Source: an uncultured Gammaproteobacteria bacterium (GTDB taxonomy: Bacteria; Patescibacteriota; Patescibacteriia; VMEV01; CAYQCH01). From it: DNA of 64,000 nt. Both the position numbers and the translations under genes were made by a program. Of the stretch, positions 36,514 to 45,914 are shown in pieces. Under the pieces are notes generated by a model that made no database searches, had not been told where the DNA came from, and was given only the letters and a program-made list of their open reading frames with translations. How positions within the stretch are numbered: position 1 is the stretch's first letter; each line of letters begins with the position of its first letter. Location: the NCBI GenBank assembly GCA_964352335.1, contig CAYGRO010000002.1, forward strand, positions 77,138-141,137, given 5' to 3'.

Positions 36514-38115
36514 TCAATCAATAAAATTAGTTGTTTCGCTAAAAATAGCTGTGATTTCTACTTCTTCAACCATTGTTTGCGTATAGACTTTATTAGGAGC
36601 ATTTGCAAGAATTGTAGCAATAATTGACCAGAAGATTAAATAGCCAATGCCAAGTGGATGATTAATATAGGGACTAAATACATGCGTTGCTAGTAATACG
36701 ACACCACCCAAGACCATTCCTAACATCAAAAGATCACCAGCTTCAAACTCTTGTTTTCTTCTTACCCATAAATACAGAAAAGATTGTTTAAACAAAATAG
36801 CGACAAAGAAAACATACAGCAATACACCAACCAAACCGAATTTAATGACTAATTCTAAATACCCCCATTCAAAGGCACTTGTTGTATATTCACCAGTTGG
36901 GTTTTCCGCCAATATTCTTGGGTCTTTCGTTATATACGTTAGCGTTTTTCCAAATCCATGCCCAAATATTGGCTTCTCTTGAATCGCTTCTAACATCGGA
37001 GGTAATAACCCAAAACGACTATCAACAGCAGCTTCTCCGCCAGTAAAACTAGTTAATCTTCCACCAAAGATATCGCGAGCGGAAAAACCGTCTCCTGGAA
37101 GCGGTAATGGAAAGAGAATGGTGCCAATGATAACAATAAAACTCACGCAAGTAATAGCAATCGTTAAAGCAATAGAAGTAAAAATTTTTTTGAATGGATT
37201 TTTAAATAACAGAAAAAAAGAAAGTAGTAAAACAATCGCAGAACAAATAAGACCAACCCAATTGCTCCTAGATAGACTTATTAACGTAGAAGTAAACAAT
37301 AATGATGTCAAAAGAAATAACCCCCAAAATGTTTTTTCTTTAATCATCTCCACCAATCTTTTTCCTTTGATAAAAAATAGTAAAAAAACGAAAATAATGA
37401 CAAATGCTATTGCAGCATAAATCTGACTCGCAAAAAAGATTCTCCAAAAAGACCCAAGTATTTCTGTAACTTCCCCTACCCTTGTATCACGGATCCATTT
37501 ATAGGTTTCTGGCATCATCCACCAAAATTTATGAGAAAACGTATAAAGAATAAATAGTACTTTTCCAATAGAAGCAAGAAGCCCTGCAACCCCCATTTGC
37601 AGAAGAACGGTAAGATCATTTCTTTCTTTAAAAGCTTGCCAAACAGGAATGATTAAGAGAAAAAATAGATATCCATTTCCATCTAAAAACGCTTGGCCAA
37701 ATCCATTTTTTACCACACCAAGTAAAAAAGCCAATACCAGTGAAAGTGCAAATAGCACTAATGGCCAAAAATAAGAAGAGCTGTAAATTCTTAATTCCCT
37801 TTTTTTTACAGCATCTAATATACCTAGAATAAATAAACAGAGAAAGAGACCAATCCGCAATGAAATTGATCCCCCATCATATTGAAAAGAAAAAAGATAT
37901 CCATGTGATGAAATAAGTAAATCAACAAGTGCAATACCAACTCCAATCCTCAAATCTTTTAATCCGATGACGACCACACCAATGAGAATCAAAAAAAATG
38001 AGACATTTCCTAAACTTGGATACACCCAAGAAGCAAATGAAAGCAATTCTAAACAAATAACACCAACGAGCGTTAATTGAAATAATTTAGTTGTTAGAAT
38101 CTTTGGCAATTGCAT
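36514..38115 (-). CDS. O-antigen ligase/Wzy-like membrane protein
   Basis: Multi-TM; SLSRSNWVG, KPIFGHGFG and YLELVIKFGLVG motifs. Confidence 0.8.
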   Translation of the reverse strand: MQLPKILTTKLFQLTLVGVICLELLSFASWVYPSLGNVSFFLILIGVVVIGLKDLRIGVGIALVDLLISSHGYLFSFQYDGGSISLRIGLFLCLFILGILDAVKKRELRIYSSSYFWPLVLFALSLVLAFLLGVVKNGFGQAFLDGNGYLFFLLIIPVWQAFKERNDLTVLLQMGVAGLLASIGKVLFILYTFSHKFWWMMPETYKWIRDTRVGEVTEILGSFWRIFFASQIYAAIAFVIIFVFLLFFIKGKRLVEMIKEKTFWGLFLLTSLLFTSTLISLSRSNWVGLICSAIVLLLSFFLLFKNPFKKIFTSIALTIAITCVSFIVIIGTILFPLPLPGDGFSARDIFGGRLTSFTGGEAAVDSRFGLLPPMLEAIQEKPIFGHGFGKTLTYITKDPRILAENPTGEYTTSAFEWGYLELVIKFGLVGVLLYVFFVAILFKQSFLYLWVRRKQEFEAGDLLMLGMVLGGVVLLATHVFSPYINHPLGIGYLIFWSIIATILANAPNKVYTQTMVEEVEITAIFSETTNFID

Positions 38116-38120
38116 AGGTA

Positions 38121-39299
38121 CTAGGAAACAGGAAACATCAATGAATCTATCATGACATCTATAACATCTAAGTATGAATCAATCCCATATTCAACACTGG
38201 TAAATTGCGCCTCATAAAAATAAGGCCCCATATCAAAAATGACATATCTAAAAATTACGCCATCATTTTGTGAGGTCACGAGTTCATATGCATTCGGATA
38301 TTGTAAACTTGGTCCACTATAAAACACTCTATCAGACAGATCTTTTCTAATTTCTAAAATCTGATTTATATCGTCTCCAAATTGTTGCTTAAACCAACGT
38401 ATCACAAGTAAGTTCTCAGCAAATTCATCACCTGGTTCAAATTTTGACTCAATCGATATCAACGGTGAATCAAATAATTCAGTACTCGTATCTGTGAATT
38501 CAACAGAGAAATAGGTTGGGACTTCCAGAATATGCCCAGCCTCTGTATATGTTTGGGTAGATTGTACTGATTTTTTTTCAAAATGTTCTTTTGAACAAGA
38601 AACACATGAATAAGCAGCCTCTGGTGTAAGTACACTGGGACCTTTTGTAATATGAGCTGGTAATGTGGCAGATCTAAAAGTGAGTTTTTCTAAAGACTCA
38701 AAACGGTTCCAAATCCAAGCTAAACCAGAAATAGGACGAATTTGCCATAAACCATCCGTTCTTTGCTCTGAAAGGTATCTTTGCCCAGCAAAATCAAAAA
38801 CACTTCCTATCGGATGAATTGCTTGGCCATCGATAATCTCAACCGTACCACCAATTGTATAGTCGAAGAAAAAAGAAATATCTACATCATCCACTTTTTT
38901 AGACCAGTCATTTCCATACAGCTCCTCAGCAACAGCTTCTGATGGTAAATTTCTCAATACACCAAAAGGTTCTACAGCATAAACTTCTGGAACAGAAGGA
39001 ATTTTAATTAATCGGCTCCCAGGTCTATAAAGAACATTTTTCCCAAGTGAATAAGAAGCCAGTTCTTCTGGAGTAACTACTTGTACTTGAAGGAAGTTGT
39101 CATACCATGAAAAATAAATTTTCTCATTTGGAAAAGCATGTCTAAAATTATCTGGCCCTACCCAATAGACTGCAGTAGACTGTGTCGATTTAATTAGCTT
39201 CCCATCTAATAAATTAAACGATTCTTGAGCATGCGCAAAACCACCAACAAAAAAGCTTGCCGAAACAAAGAGGATGAGTTTTAAAGTAAGTGATTTCAT
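38121..39299 (-). CDS. Secreted protein with CPR surface-repeat domain
   Basis: GKLIKS...AVYWV...RHAFPNEKIYFSWY...LGKNVLYRPG. Confidence 0.7.
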   Translation of the reverse strand: MKSLTLKLILFVSASFFVGGFAHAQESFNLLDGKLIKSTQSTAVYWVGPDNFRHAFPNEKIYFSWYDNFLQVQVVTPEELASYSLGKNVLYRPGSRLIKIPSVPEVYAVEPFGVLRNLPSEAVAEELYGNDWSKKVDDVDISFFFDYTIGGTVEIIDGQAIHPIGSVFDFAGQRYLSEQRTDGLWQIRPISGLAWIWNRFESLEKLTFRSATLPAHITKGPSVLTPEAAYSCVSCSKEHFEKKSVQSTQTYTEAGHILEVPTYFSVEFTDTSTELFDSPLISIESKFEPGDEFAENLLVIRWFKQQFGDDINQILEIRKDLSDRVFYSGPSLQYPNAYELVTSQNDGVIFRYVIFDMGPYFYEAQFTSVEYGIDSYLDVIDVMIDSLMFPVS

Positions 39300-39304
39300 A
39301 CGAA

Positions 39305-40228
39305 CTAGGCTTTTTTAAACTGGTCTTTAGATTTATTTTCAAGCTGTTTTCCTTTTGATGATTTTTTAAACAATCCCCCAAACCAAGCTAATACAATACT
39401 AAGGGGGGTGAAAAAGGAAATCACTAAATAGGACCACCAATGCTTGTGCTTCTTAAAATAATACCGCAAACTCTTCAAATATATTCTCTGTTTTTTCATT
39501 GAACGCAATTTATCGAAACTATCTCCTCCTGCATGGATCAAATGAGAGTGCGCATTATAGTAAATTTTATAGGATGAACGTTCATAGACACGCCGACAAA
39601 AATCTACTTCATCAAACCAGAGAAAAAAAGTTTCATCAAAAATCCCAACCTGTTCAAATACTTCTTTTCTAACAAGCATGCAAGCCCCCATTATTTGCTC
39701 CACTTCTTGCGTAGATTGATAGTTAAAATCACGCCAAAGATATGACTGCATTGCTTTGGAATCCGGAAATAACAGATGTAGTTTTAAGATGATTCGCAAT
39801 TGATCACGTAATCTTGGTCTTCTTCGAATAGAACGCTGAGTTGATTCATCTGTATTAATTAAATGAGGTCCAACTACGCCAACTCGAGGGTATTCTTCTA
39901 AAAACGCTACTAATTGCTCTAATGTTCTATCTACAAATTGAGTATCTGGGTTGAGCACACAAATGTACTTTCCTTGTGAAACCTCTATCCCCTGATTAAC
40001 TCCAGTTGCCCACCCTTTATTTAAGGTATTTTCAATAACTTTTACATTTGCAAATTCATTCATTGCAACCTTAACACTTTGATCCGAAGATGCATTATCA
40101 ATAACAATAACCTCAAAAGTTATTTCTGAAGTTTGTTTGAAAATTGATGCTAAACATTTTCTTAGCCAATCTTCTGAATTCCATGAAACAATTACAATAG
40201 ATACATCCATAAAGCTTTCTTCAATCAA
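39305..40228 (-). CDS. GT2 glycosyltransferase (rhamnosyltransferase-like)
   Basis: VSIVIVSWN, DNASSD, LNPDT, GACMLVR and FDETFF motifs. Confidence 0.9.
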   Translation of the reverse strand: MIEESFMDVSIVIVSWNSEDWLRKCLASIFKQTSEITFEVIVIDNASSDQSVKVAMNEFANVKVIENTLNKGWATGVNQGIEVSQGKYICVLNPDTQFVDRTLEQLVAFLEEYPRVGVVGPHLINTDESTQRSIRRRPRLRDQLRIILKLHLLFPDSKAMQSYLWRDFNYQSTQEVEQIMGACMLVRKEVFEQVGIFDETFFLWFDEVDFCRRVYERSSYKIYYNAHSHLIHAGGDSFDKLRSMKKQRIYLKSLRYYFKKHKHWWSYLVISFFTPLSIVLAWFGGLFKKSSKGKQLENKSKDQFKKA

Positions 40229-40235
40229 GTGTTAT

Positions 40236-41432
40236 TTATTCTGAAATGCGATCAATAATCTCCAACATTTCTTTTACCCTTTCGTTCCATATATGTAGTT
40301 TAACACGTTTTCTTCGCTTAATCATCATTTCCGGGGAGTCTTCTAAAATCGCATTATTTATTGCCTGTGAAAACCCTTCAACTGAATCAGCAATCGAAAG
40401 AACATCTTTAAAATCCTGTGTCCCAGCACCAGGAGTAGTGACAACCGGTTTTCCTGCAGCTAAATAATCATACATTTTCATTGGATTAGTACTTGCTAAA
40501 AAATCATCTAACTTATGTGGAATAATCGTAATATCTATATCTGCTAATACTAAGGGCAATTCTCTATAGCTAACCCTTCCGTGAAAAACCAGATTCTTAT
40601 TTTTTTTAGCTAATTCATCTACAAGTGACTGAACCCCAGACCAAATAGGCCCGTAAAAATGGAACTCTTTTTTTGGATGAAGTTCACAAAGCTTAGTGAT
40701 CAAATCAAAATCTACACGTTCTTGAATCGTGCCAATATAACCAATTTTTATTTTTTCTGTATGCTGTTTATATGGTATTGCTGAAAACAAATCAAAATCT
40801 ACACCATTTGGTATCCAGTGAATATTTTTATGATCAAATAGATTTAATAACCCCTCTGAAACAGTAAAAATAAGATCAGCTGTATTTGCAATTTCCTCAT
40901 AATTCGAAGTTAGCAAACCTGCTTCCTTAATATAACTTGCATGATGCGCCCAATTATCGACAGTATCAAAAACAGTAAGTTTCGCAGGCAATTCATGAAC
41001 CTGAGGCAAAAAAGCATTATAATTCCAAATGACTGTATCATTTAAATCTACATTGATCTGACCTAAATACAATTGAATTTGGTCTAATCGTTTTGAAGCA
41101 GTTGTGAATAGCCCCATCCCTGCAATATGATGAATTTCTTTTTCGCTCTCAAAGAGCTCTTTATATGATTGCTTATGAACCCCAATTCCCCCACCTAAAG
41201 AAGAATAGGATTGCGAATAAAACCATTTTCCATATTTATAGGTTCGCTGTTTCCCAAAAATCTTTTTTGATGATTGGATTGCTAAAAAATCTACAAGAAT
41301 AATTTCTTCAAATTTATTTGATTGAATCAGTTTTTGCAAAATAAAATAATTTCGATTAACAATACCATGTTGCCAATCGATTAAGTTGGACATATTAAAA
41401 ACCAGCAAATGCATAATACAAAGAATGTTCAA
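40236..41432 (-). CDS. GT4 glycosyltransferase (TuaH-like)
   Basis: IPNGVD, IGYIG and NPMKMYDYLAAGKPVV motifs. Confidence 0.85.
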   Translation of the reverse strand: MNILCIMHLLVFNMSNLIDWQHGIVNRNYFILQKLIQSNKFEEIILVDFLAIQSSKKIFGKQRTYKYGKWFYSQSYSSLGGGIGVHKQSYKELFESEKEIHHIAGMGLFTTASKRLDQIQLYLGQINVDLNDTVIWNYNAFLPQVHELPAKLTVFDTVDNWAHHASYIKEAGLLTSNYEEIANTADLIFTVSEGLLNLFDHKNIHWIPNGVDFDLFSAIPYKQHTEKIKIGYIGTIQERVDFDLITKLCELHPKKEFHFYGPIWSGVQSLVDELAKKNKNLVFHGRVSYRELPLVLADIDITIIPHKLDDFLASTNPMKMYDYLAAGKPVVTTPGAGTQDFKDVLSIADSVEGFSQAINNAILEDSPEMMIKRRKRVKLHIWNERVKEMLEIIDRISE

Positions 41433-41458
41433 ACCGAAATATATTTTAAATACTTAAC

Positions 41459-42559
41459 TTATGCTAATACCTTTTCTAGGATATCTGACTGTCTTTTCCA
41501 CGTAAGATCACTGCTAAGACGCTCTTGACCATTTTGACCTAATTTCTCAGCTAGCTTAGGATCTTCAATCAATCTTAGCAAAGCTTTTGCTATTTCATCA
41601 ATATCGTCAGGATTTACTAAAAGACCAGTCTTTTCGTGAATAATAGCTTCTTTTGGGCCACCTTGATCCCCTGCAATCACAGCTTTTCCTGCCGCATTCG
41701 CTTCTAAATAAACAATACCATACCCTTCAATATCATCTTCATACTGTTTTGCCGGCATACAGAAGAGATCAGCCAAGTGAAACCATGCATCTCGCTCTTC
41801 ATTTGATACTTGCCCAGTAAAAATAACTTGCTCCCTATGAGGTAATGCCATTTTTTCTAATCGACTTCTATCAGGCCCATCTCCAACAATGACATAAACA
41901 CATTCCGGATGCATTTGCCAAAGATGAGTCATTGCTCCCAAAACAGAATCTTGTCCTTTTCGTTTCACCAATCTTCCAACAGTTAGAATTATCTTTTTAT
42001 TCATTAGCTGATACTTTTTTTCTAATTCTGCTTCAACACGCTTATTGGATTTCGGAAATGCTTTTGGAATAGGATAAATGACCTCTATTTTGGAAGCATC
42101 ATCAGAAAAATCTCTTGCTATGTCTCGAACAGCTTGGCTATTTACTAGAAGAAATTTTGATCTATGTAAAATTGCCTTAACCAGTTTTTGTTTTCTTTTA
42201 GATTCTTTCGTTTGAAGCAAGTCCATTCCATAGATTTGAACAATATACGGAATCTTGAAAAAAAGATGTAATACCCAAACCATCGACCCAACTGGTAAAA
42301 CTTGTCCAACTAAAATTTGTTCACAATTTTGCTGTTTATATACTTTATAAATTTCATAAACCCCTTTTAACCATTTTGGCCAAATCCATGCGAAAAAAAG
42401 TTTTTTTCTAATAACTTGATCAGTATCCGGCTGTTCCCCTTTCAATGTAAGGACAATCATTTTTTCTGCTGGAAATGATTGAACCACCTGTTCTAAATAG
42501 GTGGCAACTCCGCCCACTGAAGGCGGATAATCAATTGTAACTAAAAGAGTTTTTTTCAT
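41459..42559 (-). CDS. GT4 glycosyltransferase (PimB-like)
   Basis: DYPPSVGG, VGRLVKRKG and EGYGIVYLEANAAGK motifs. Confidence 0.9.
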   Translation of the reverse strand: MKKTLLVTIDYPPSVGGVATYLEQVVQSFPAEKMIVLTLKGEQPDTDQVIRKKLFFAWIWPKWLKGVYEIYKVYKQQNCEQILVGQVLPVGSMVWVLHLFFKIPYIVQIYGMDLLQTKESKRKQKLVKAILHRSKFLLVNSQAVRDIARDFSDDASKIEVIYPIPKAFPKSNKRVEAELEKKYQLMNKKIILTVGRLVKRKGQDSVLGAMTHLWQMHPECVYVIVGDGPDRSRLEKMALPHREQVIFTGQVSNEERDAWFHLADLFCMPAKQYEDDIEGYGIVYLEANAAGKAVIAGDQGGPKEAIIHEKTGLLVNPDDIDEIAKALLRLIEDPKLAEKLGQNGQERLSSDLTWKRQSDILEKVLA

Positions 42560-44001
42560 ACTGTTTTCTTCCGGAAAGTTTTAAATAACGCTTGTATCTC
42601 AGAAAAAGTAATAACACGCAATACAATGATGAAAAAGGTAAAGACAATAGCTCCAACAAGAGTAATTAAAGTGAAGTGCAGGTATGGGAGTAATACCCAA
42701 ACAATTAGCCCCATAAGGGAAGCAGAAAGAGCCGTTTTCATAAATGAAACAAATAAATGACCCCATCCAATTTCCTCATAACGTGACACCCAATAAATCC
42801 CCATACAAGTAAGCAAAGCATAGCTAATGACCGCTGCTATCGCAGCTCCTACAAATGAATAGAGCGGAATTAAGATAATATTTAAGATAATATTCAATGT
42901 CATAACTATTCCGCGAGTAATCATATTTTTTCTCTGTTGCCCAATCGCTGACAAAAGAGAACCTAATGGAAATTCTACAAAACCAAATACGACACCCCAA
43001 ACTAATATATACATAGCAGGAATAGAAGCAGCAAAATCAGCAGTATAAAGCTCTGTAATAATCACGGGGGTTAATACAAAAATCCCTACGGCAATTGGCA
43101 ATGAAAGAATAAAAAGAAAGAGTATCGATTGCTCAAAAACTTCAACCATCTTTTTTCTATCAGTTTTATATAAACTACTCATTGCTGGATAAATAGAAGC
43201 AGCAAAAGCAGCTGGAATAAACTGTAATGCAAAAACAATTTTATTGGGCACTGCATAATACCCCACAGCTCCCTGACCAATAAATTGTTTTAGTAATACC
43301 GTATCAATCGCAGAAAAGACCCTTGTAAATGCTCCAGAAAAACCAAACGGAATCGATTCTTTTAAAAATGTTTTATCAAAGGTTAAAGCATAATTTGGCT
43401 TTGGCCAAAAGTTTAATTTTATTTTTAATAAGATCGAAGCAAAAATACTTGTAAATAAGCTTCCTAATAAGAGCGCGATAATCAAAATTTCTAATGGAGC
43501 TCCCATTACTAAACCTGTTAAGCCGATTGCCAAAGTTATTCCTTGACTAAGGATAACGGCAAATGCTTCATACTGTAATTTATGATGCCCCCTAAAAACA
43601 CTCCAGATAGATAAATTTAAAGAATCAAATAGCATTAATGCTAACGCTATCCATATCATATTTTGAATAGAACCCGTAAGCCCCATTGCATAACTAACAA
43701 GAGTGGCCAATGCAATAGTACCTATTGCATAATAAGACTTGATCGCCAAAGTTTTACCTAGAATTTTTTCTGCCCATTTAGGTTTTCTTGCAATTTCTCT
43801 TTGAATTAACGGAGCTAAACCAAAGTCAACAAAAACCGAAAAGATTGTTGTAAACGACAATGCAAAAACATAGGCGCCAGTATCTACCACCCCAACCAAA
43901 CGAGCAATCATTGTAAAATAAATAAACGACAAAATTTTCTGCCCAATAAAAGCAGAACTAAGGTATGCAGTATTTTTTACAATATTTTTAGATCCACTCA
44001 T
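42556..44001 (-). CDS. Wzx-type polysaccharide flippase
   Basis: About 12-14 TMs; DFGL, IDTVLL, VGYYAV and LNIILIP..GAAIA motifs. Confidence 0.88.
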   Translation of the reverse strand: MSGSKNIVKNTAYLSSAFIGQKILSFIYFTMIARLVGVVDTGAYVFALSFTTIFSVFVDFGLAPLIQREIARKPKWAEKILGKTLAIKSYYAIGTIALATLVSYAMGLTGSIQNMIWIALALMLFDSLNLSIWSVFRGHHKLQYEAFAVILSQGITLAIGLTGLVMGAPLEILIIALLLGSLFTSIFASILLKIKLNFWPKPNYALTFDKTFLKESIPFGFSGAFTRVFSAIDTVLLKQFIGQGAVGYYAVPNKIVFALQFIPAAFAASIYPAMSSLYKTDRKKMVEVFEQSILFLFILSLPIAVGIFVLTPVIITELYTADFAASIPAMYILVWGVVFGFVEFPLGSLLSAIGQQRKNMITRGIVMTLNIILNIILIPLYSFVGAAIAAVISYALLTCMGIYWVSRYEEIGWGHLFVSFMKTALSASLMGLIVWVLLPYLHFTLITLVGAIVFTFFIIVLRVITFSEIQALFKTFRKKTV

Positions 44002-44009
44002 ATGATTCG

Positions 44010-44090
44010 AATCTACGAATTATTGCTAATCTACAAATAACTCATTTGTAGATTAGTTCAAATTTGTAGATTGGTGATAATTTGTAGATT
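44010..44090. repeat. Five 11-mer AATCTAC(G/A)AAT copies at 18-bp period (two forward, three reverse)
   Basis: Forward at 44010 and 44028; reverse ATTTGTAGATT at 44044, 44062 and 44080. Confidence 0.8.
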
Positions 44091-44094
44091 CGAG

Positions 44095-44223
44095 CTAATC
44101 ACAACAACCTTCTTTAAAACCACAATGTGGACAATGATCCTCTACCGTTCCAATAATAAAATCACGTCTTTCCTTGTGACATTTTATGCATTTAACAAGT
44201 TCTCTTTCTTCTATTCGAGCCAT
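44095..44223 (-). CDS. 42-aa zinc-ribbon microprotein MARIEERELVKCIKCHKERRDFIIGTVEDHCPHCGFKEGCCD
   Basis: Manual translation; CxxC...CPxCG plus C-terminal GCCD; upstream TGcTATAAT -10. Confidence 0.7.
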   Translation of the reverse strand: MARIEERELVKCIKCHKERRDFIIGTVEDHCPHCGFKEGCCD

Positions 44224-44264
44224 AAATTACCTGAATTATAGCATGCGCCAAAAGAGCACACCTA

Positions 44265-44293
44265 TTGACAAATGAACAATAATATGATATAGT
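44265..44293 (+). promoter_or_regulatory. sigma70 promoter with extended -10
   Basis: TTGACA-17-TATAGT with TG extension. Confidence 0.7.
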
Positions 44294-44321
44294 TGAAAAA
44301 GCTAAAAAAGGGGCAAAACAG

Positions 44322-44603
44322 ATGAATAGCTTAGTTATTGAGTTTATAAGGACGGTCAAGCAAGATGAGAAACTGCCTCAGTTCGTGAGAGTGGGATTCC
44401 CAGCGATCGTTCCACTCTTCTTCATTGTCGCAGGATTCCTGCTGGGCATTGGAGAAGCATTCTACCTTCAACAGATGTGGGGATTCACTCCCCCGTTTCT
44501 GCCGACGATCCTCATCGGGATCGCCGGAGCGTGCGCCTTGGCTGAAGCCATACTGCGCTTGACGGACGTCGTCATTCGCGCGAAGCACCAACAATCGAAC
44601 TGA
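44322..44603 (+). CDS. Small 2-TM membrane hypothetical protein, GC-rich gene
   Basis: Two hydrophobic segments; own promoter and downstream stem-loop. Confidence 0.55.
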   Translation: MNSLVIEFIRTVKQDEKLPQFVRVGFPAIVPLFFIVAGFLLGIGEAFYLQQMWGFTPPFLPTILIGIAGACALAEAILRLTDVVIRAKHQQSN

Positions 44604-44675
44604 ACCTTCATCGCAGAAGGGGCCTACCGAAAGGCTTCCGACATGCGTTGGGGGTTCTTTCTATTTGCTAAAAAC

Positions 44676-44698
44676 AAAAAAGCCCCATGAGGGGCTTT
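44676..44698 (-). terminator. Terminator of the ribosomal protein block
   Basis: AAAAAGCCCC-ATGA-GGGGCTTT just after the rpsI stop. Confidence 0.75.
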
Positions 44699-44711
44699 GG
44701 ATGAAGTGATT

Positions 44712-45134
44712 TTAACGTTTTGACCATTGTGGTGCACGACGAGCTCCTCGTAAACCATATTTCTTTCGTTCTTTCACACGAGCATCTCGTTTTAAAAGAC
44801 CAAATTTCTTGATTTGAGTTCGTAATGTTTCGTCATGCATAATGAGTGCACGAGCAATACCTAATTGAATAGCATCAGCTTGACCAGCTTTACCACCACC
44901 TTTTACATGAATTGTTGCATCAAAAGCGTCTAATTGATTTTGTGATCGTAAGGCTTCGAATGCTTTTTGTTCATTTAATGGATTTTGTAAATAATCTTTT
45001 GCTGATTTATCGTTAATCAAAAAGATACCAGTTCCTTTTGGATAAAGACGAACTTGCGCAGAGGCCTCTTTGCGACGGCCAATTGTGTAAATATATTTAC
45101 GATTTCCTGGTTTGAATTCTGGTTGGTCTGCCAT
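44712..45134 (-). CDS. rpsI: 30S ribosomal protein S9
   Basis: GRRKEASAQVRL, GGGKAGQ and KERKKYGL..ARRAPQWSKR. Confidence 0.97.
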   Translation of the reverse strand: MADQPEFKPGNRKYIYTIGRRKEASAQVRLYPKGTGIFLINDKSAKDYLQNPLNEQKAFEALRSQNQLDAFDATIHVKGGGKAGQADAIQLGIARALIMHDETLRTQIKKFGLLKRDARVKERKKYGLRGARRAPQWSKR

Positions 45135-45135
45135 A

Positions 45136-45513
45136 TTATTGAGAACGTTTAAACGTTAGACGTTTCATCATATGCTGACGTAAACGTGTACTAGGTAACA
45201 TATTAAATACTGCATCAGAAAGAACTGCTTCATAACCACCATCTTTAGACACGCGTTCTTTAAACGTAGCTTCTTTTAATCCACCTGGGTATTCACTATG
45301 TCGGTAATAAACTTTATCTTCAGATTTATTCCCAGTAATTTTAAGTAAATCAACATTTTCAATTTCAACAAAATCACCAGCATCAATATGTGGTTCAAAG
45401 CTTGGTTTATGTTTCCCACGCAATAAAACAGCTACATCACTAGCAATACGACCTAATGATTTATTAGTAGCGTCAATTACATGATTTTCTCGTTGGATAG
45501 TTGGTTGTGACAT
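45136..45513 (-). CDS. rplM: 50S ribosomal protein L13
   Basis: IDATNKSLGRIAS, LRGKHKP and YYRHSEYPGGLK. Confidence 0.96.
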   Translation of the reverse strand: MSQPTIQRENHVIDATNKSLGRIASDVAVLLRGKHKPSFEPHIDAGDFVEIENVDLLKITGNKSEDKVYYRHSEYPGGLKEATFKERVSKDGGYEAVLSDAVFNMLPSTRLRQHMMKRLTFKRSQ

Positions 45514-45514
45514 A

Positions 45515-45868
45515 TTATTTAACAAATTCTAATTGAACAACAGGAGCTCCATCACCCACACGACGACCAAGCTTGGTGATACGCATGTATCCACCTGGAC
45601 GTTTTTCGTAACGAGGACCAAGATCTTCTAACATTTTTTTAACTGCGTTTTCATCATAAAAGAAACTAATGAGTTTTCTTTTAGTATGTAAATCATTTTT
45701 ACGACTTGCAGTAACAAGTTTTTCTACAAGAGGTTTTACCGCTTTCGCCTTTGCTTCTGTTGTTTTTACTGATTCATATAAAACAACACTCGTTGCTAAA
45801 TTTCTAAGCAGAGCTTCTCTTGGAGCTTTTTTTCGTCCTAATGATTTTCCTTTTTTACGATGACGCAT
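45515..45868 (-). CDS. rplQ: 50S ribosomal protein L17
   Basis: MRHRKKG..LGR, TTEAKAK and RPGGYMRI. Confidence 0.97.
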   Translation of the reverse strand: MRHRKKGKSLGRKKAPREALLRNLATSVVLYESVKTTEAKAKAVKPLVEKLVTASRKNDLHTKRKLISFFYDENAVKKMLEDLGPRYEKRPGGYMRITKLGRRVGDGAPVVQLEFVK

Positions 45869-45914
45869 ATATTTTGCTAGTAGCTTCTAACCAGTAGTTA
45901 GTGCTAGGTAGGGA

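Noticed and set aside
44010-44090. CRISPR array (TGTAGAT resembles the 3' end of the Cas12a repeat)
   Set aside because: Repeats are 11 nt with 7-nt spacers in mixed orientation, and no cas genes are present.
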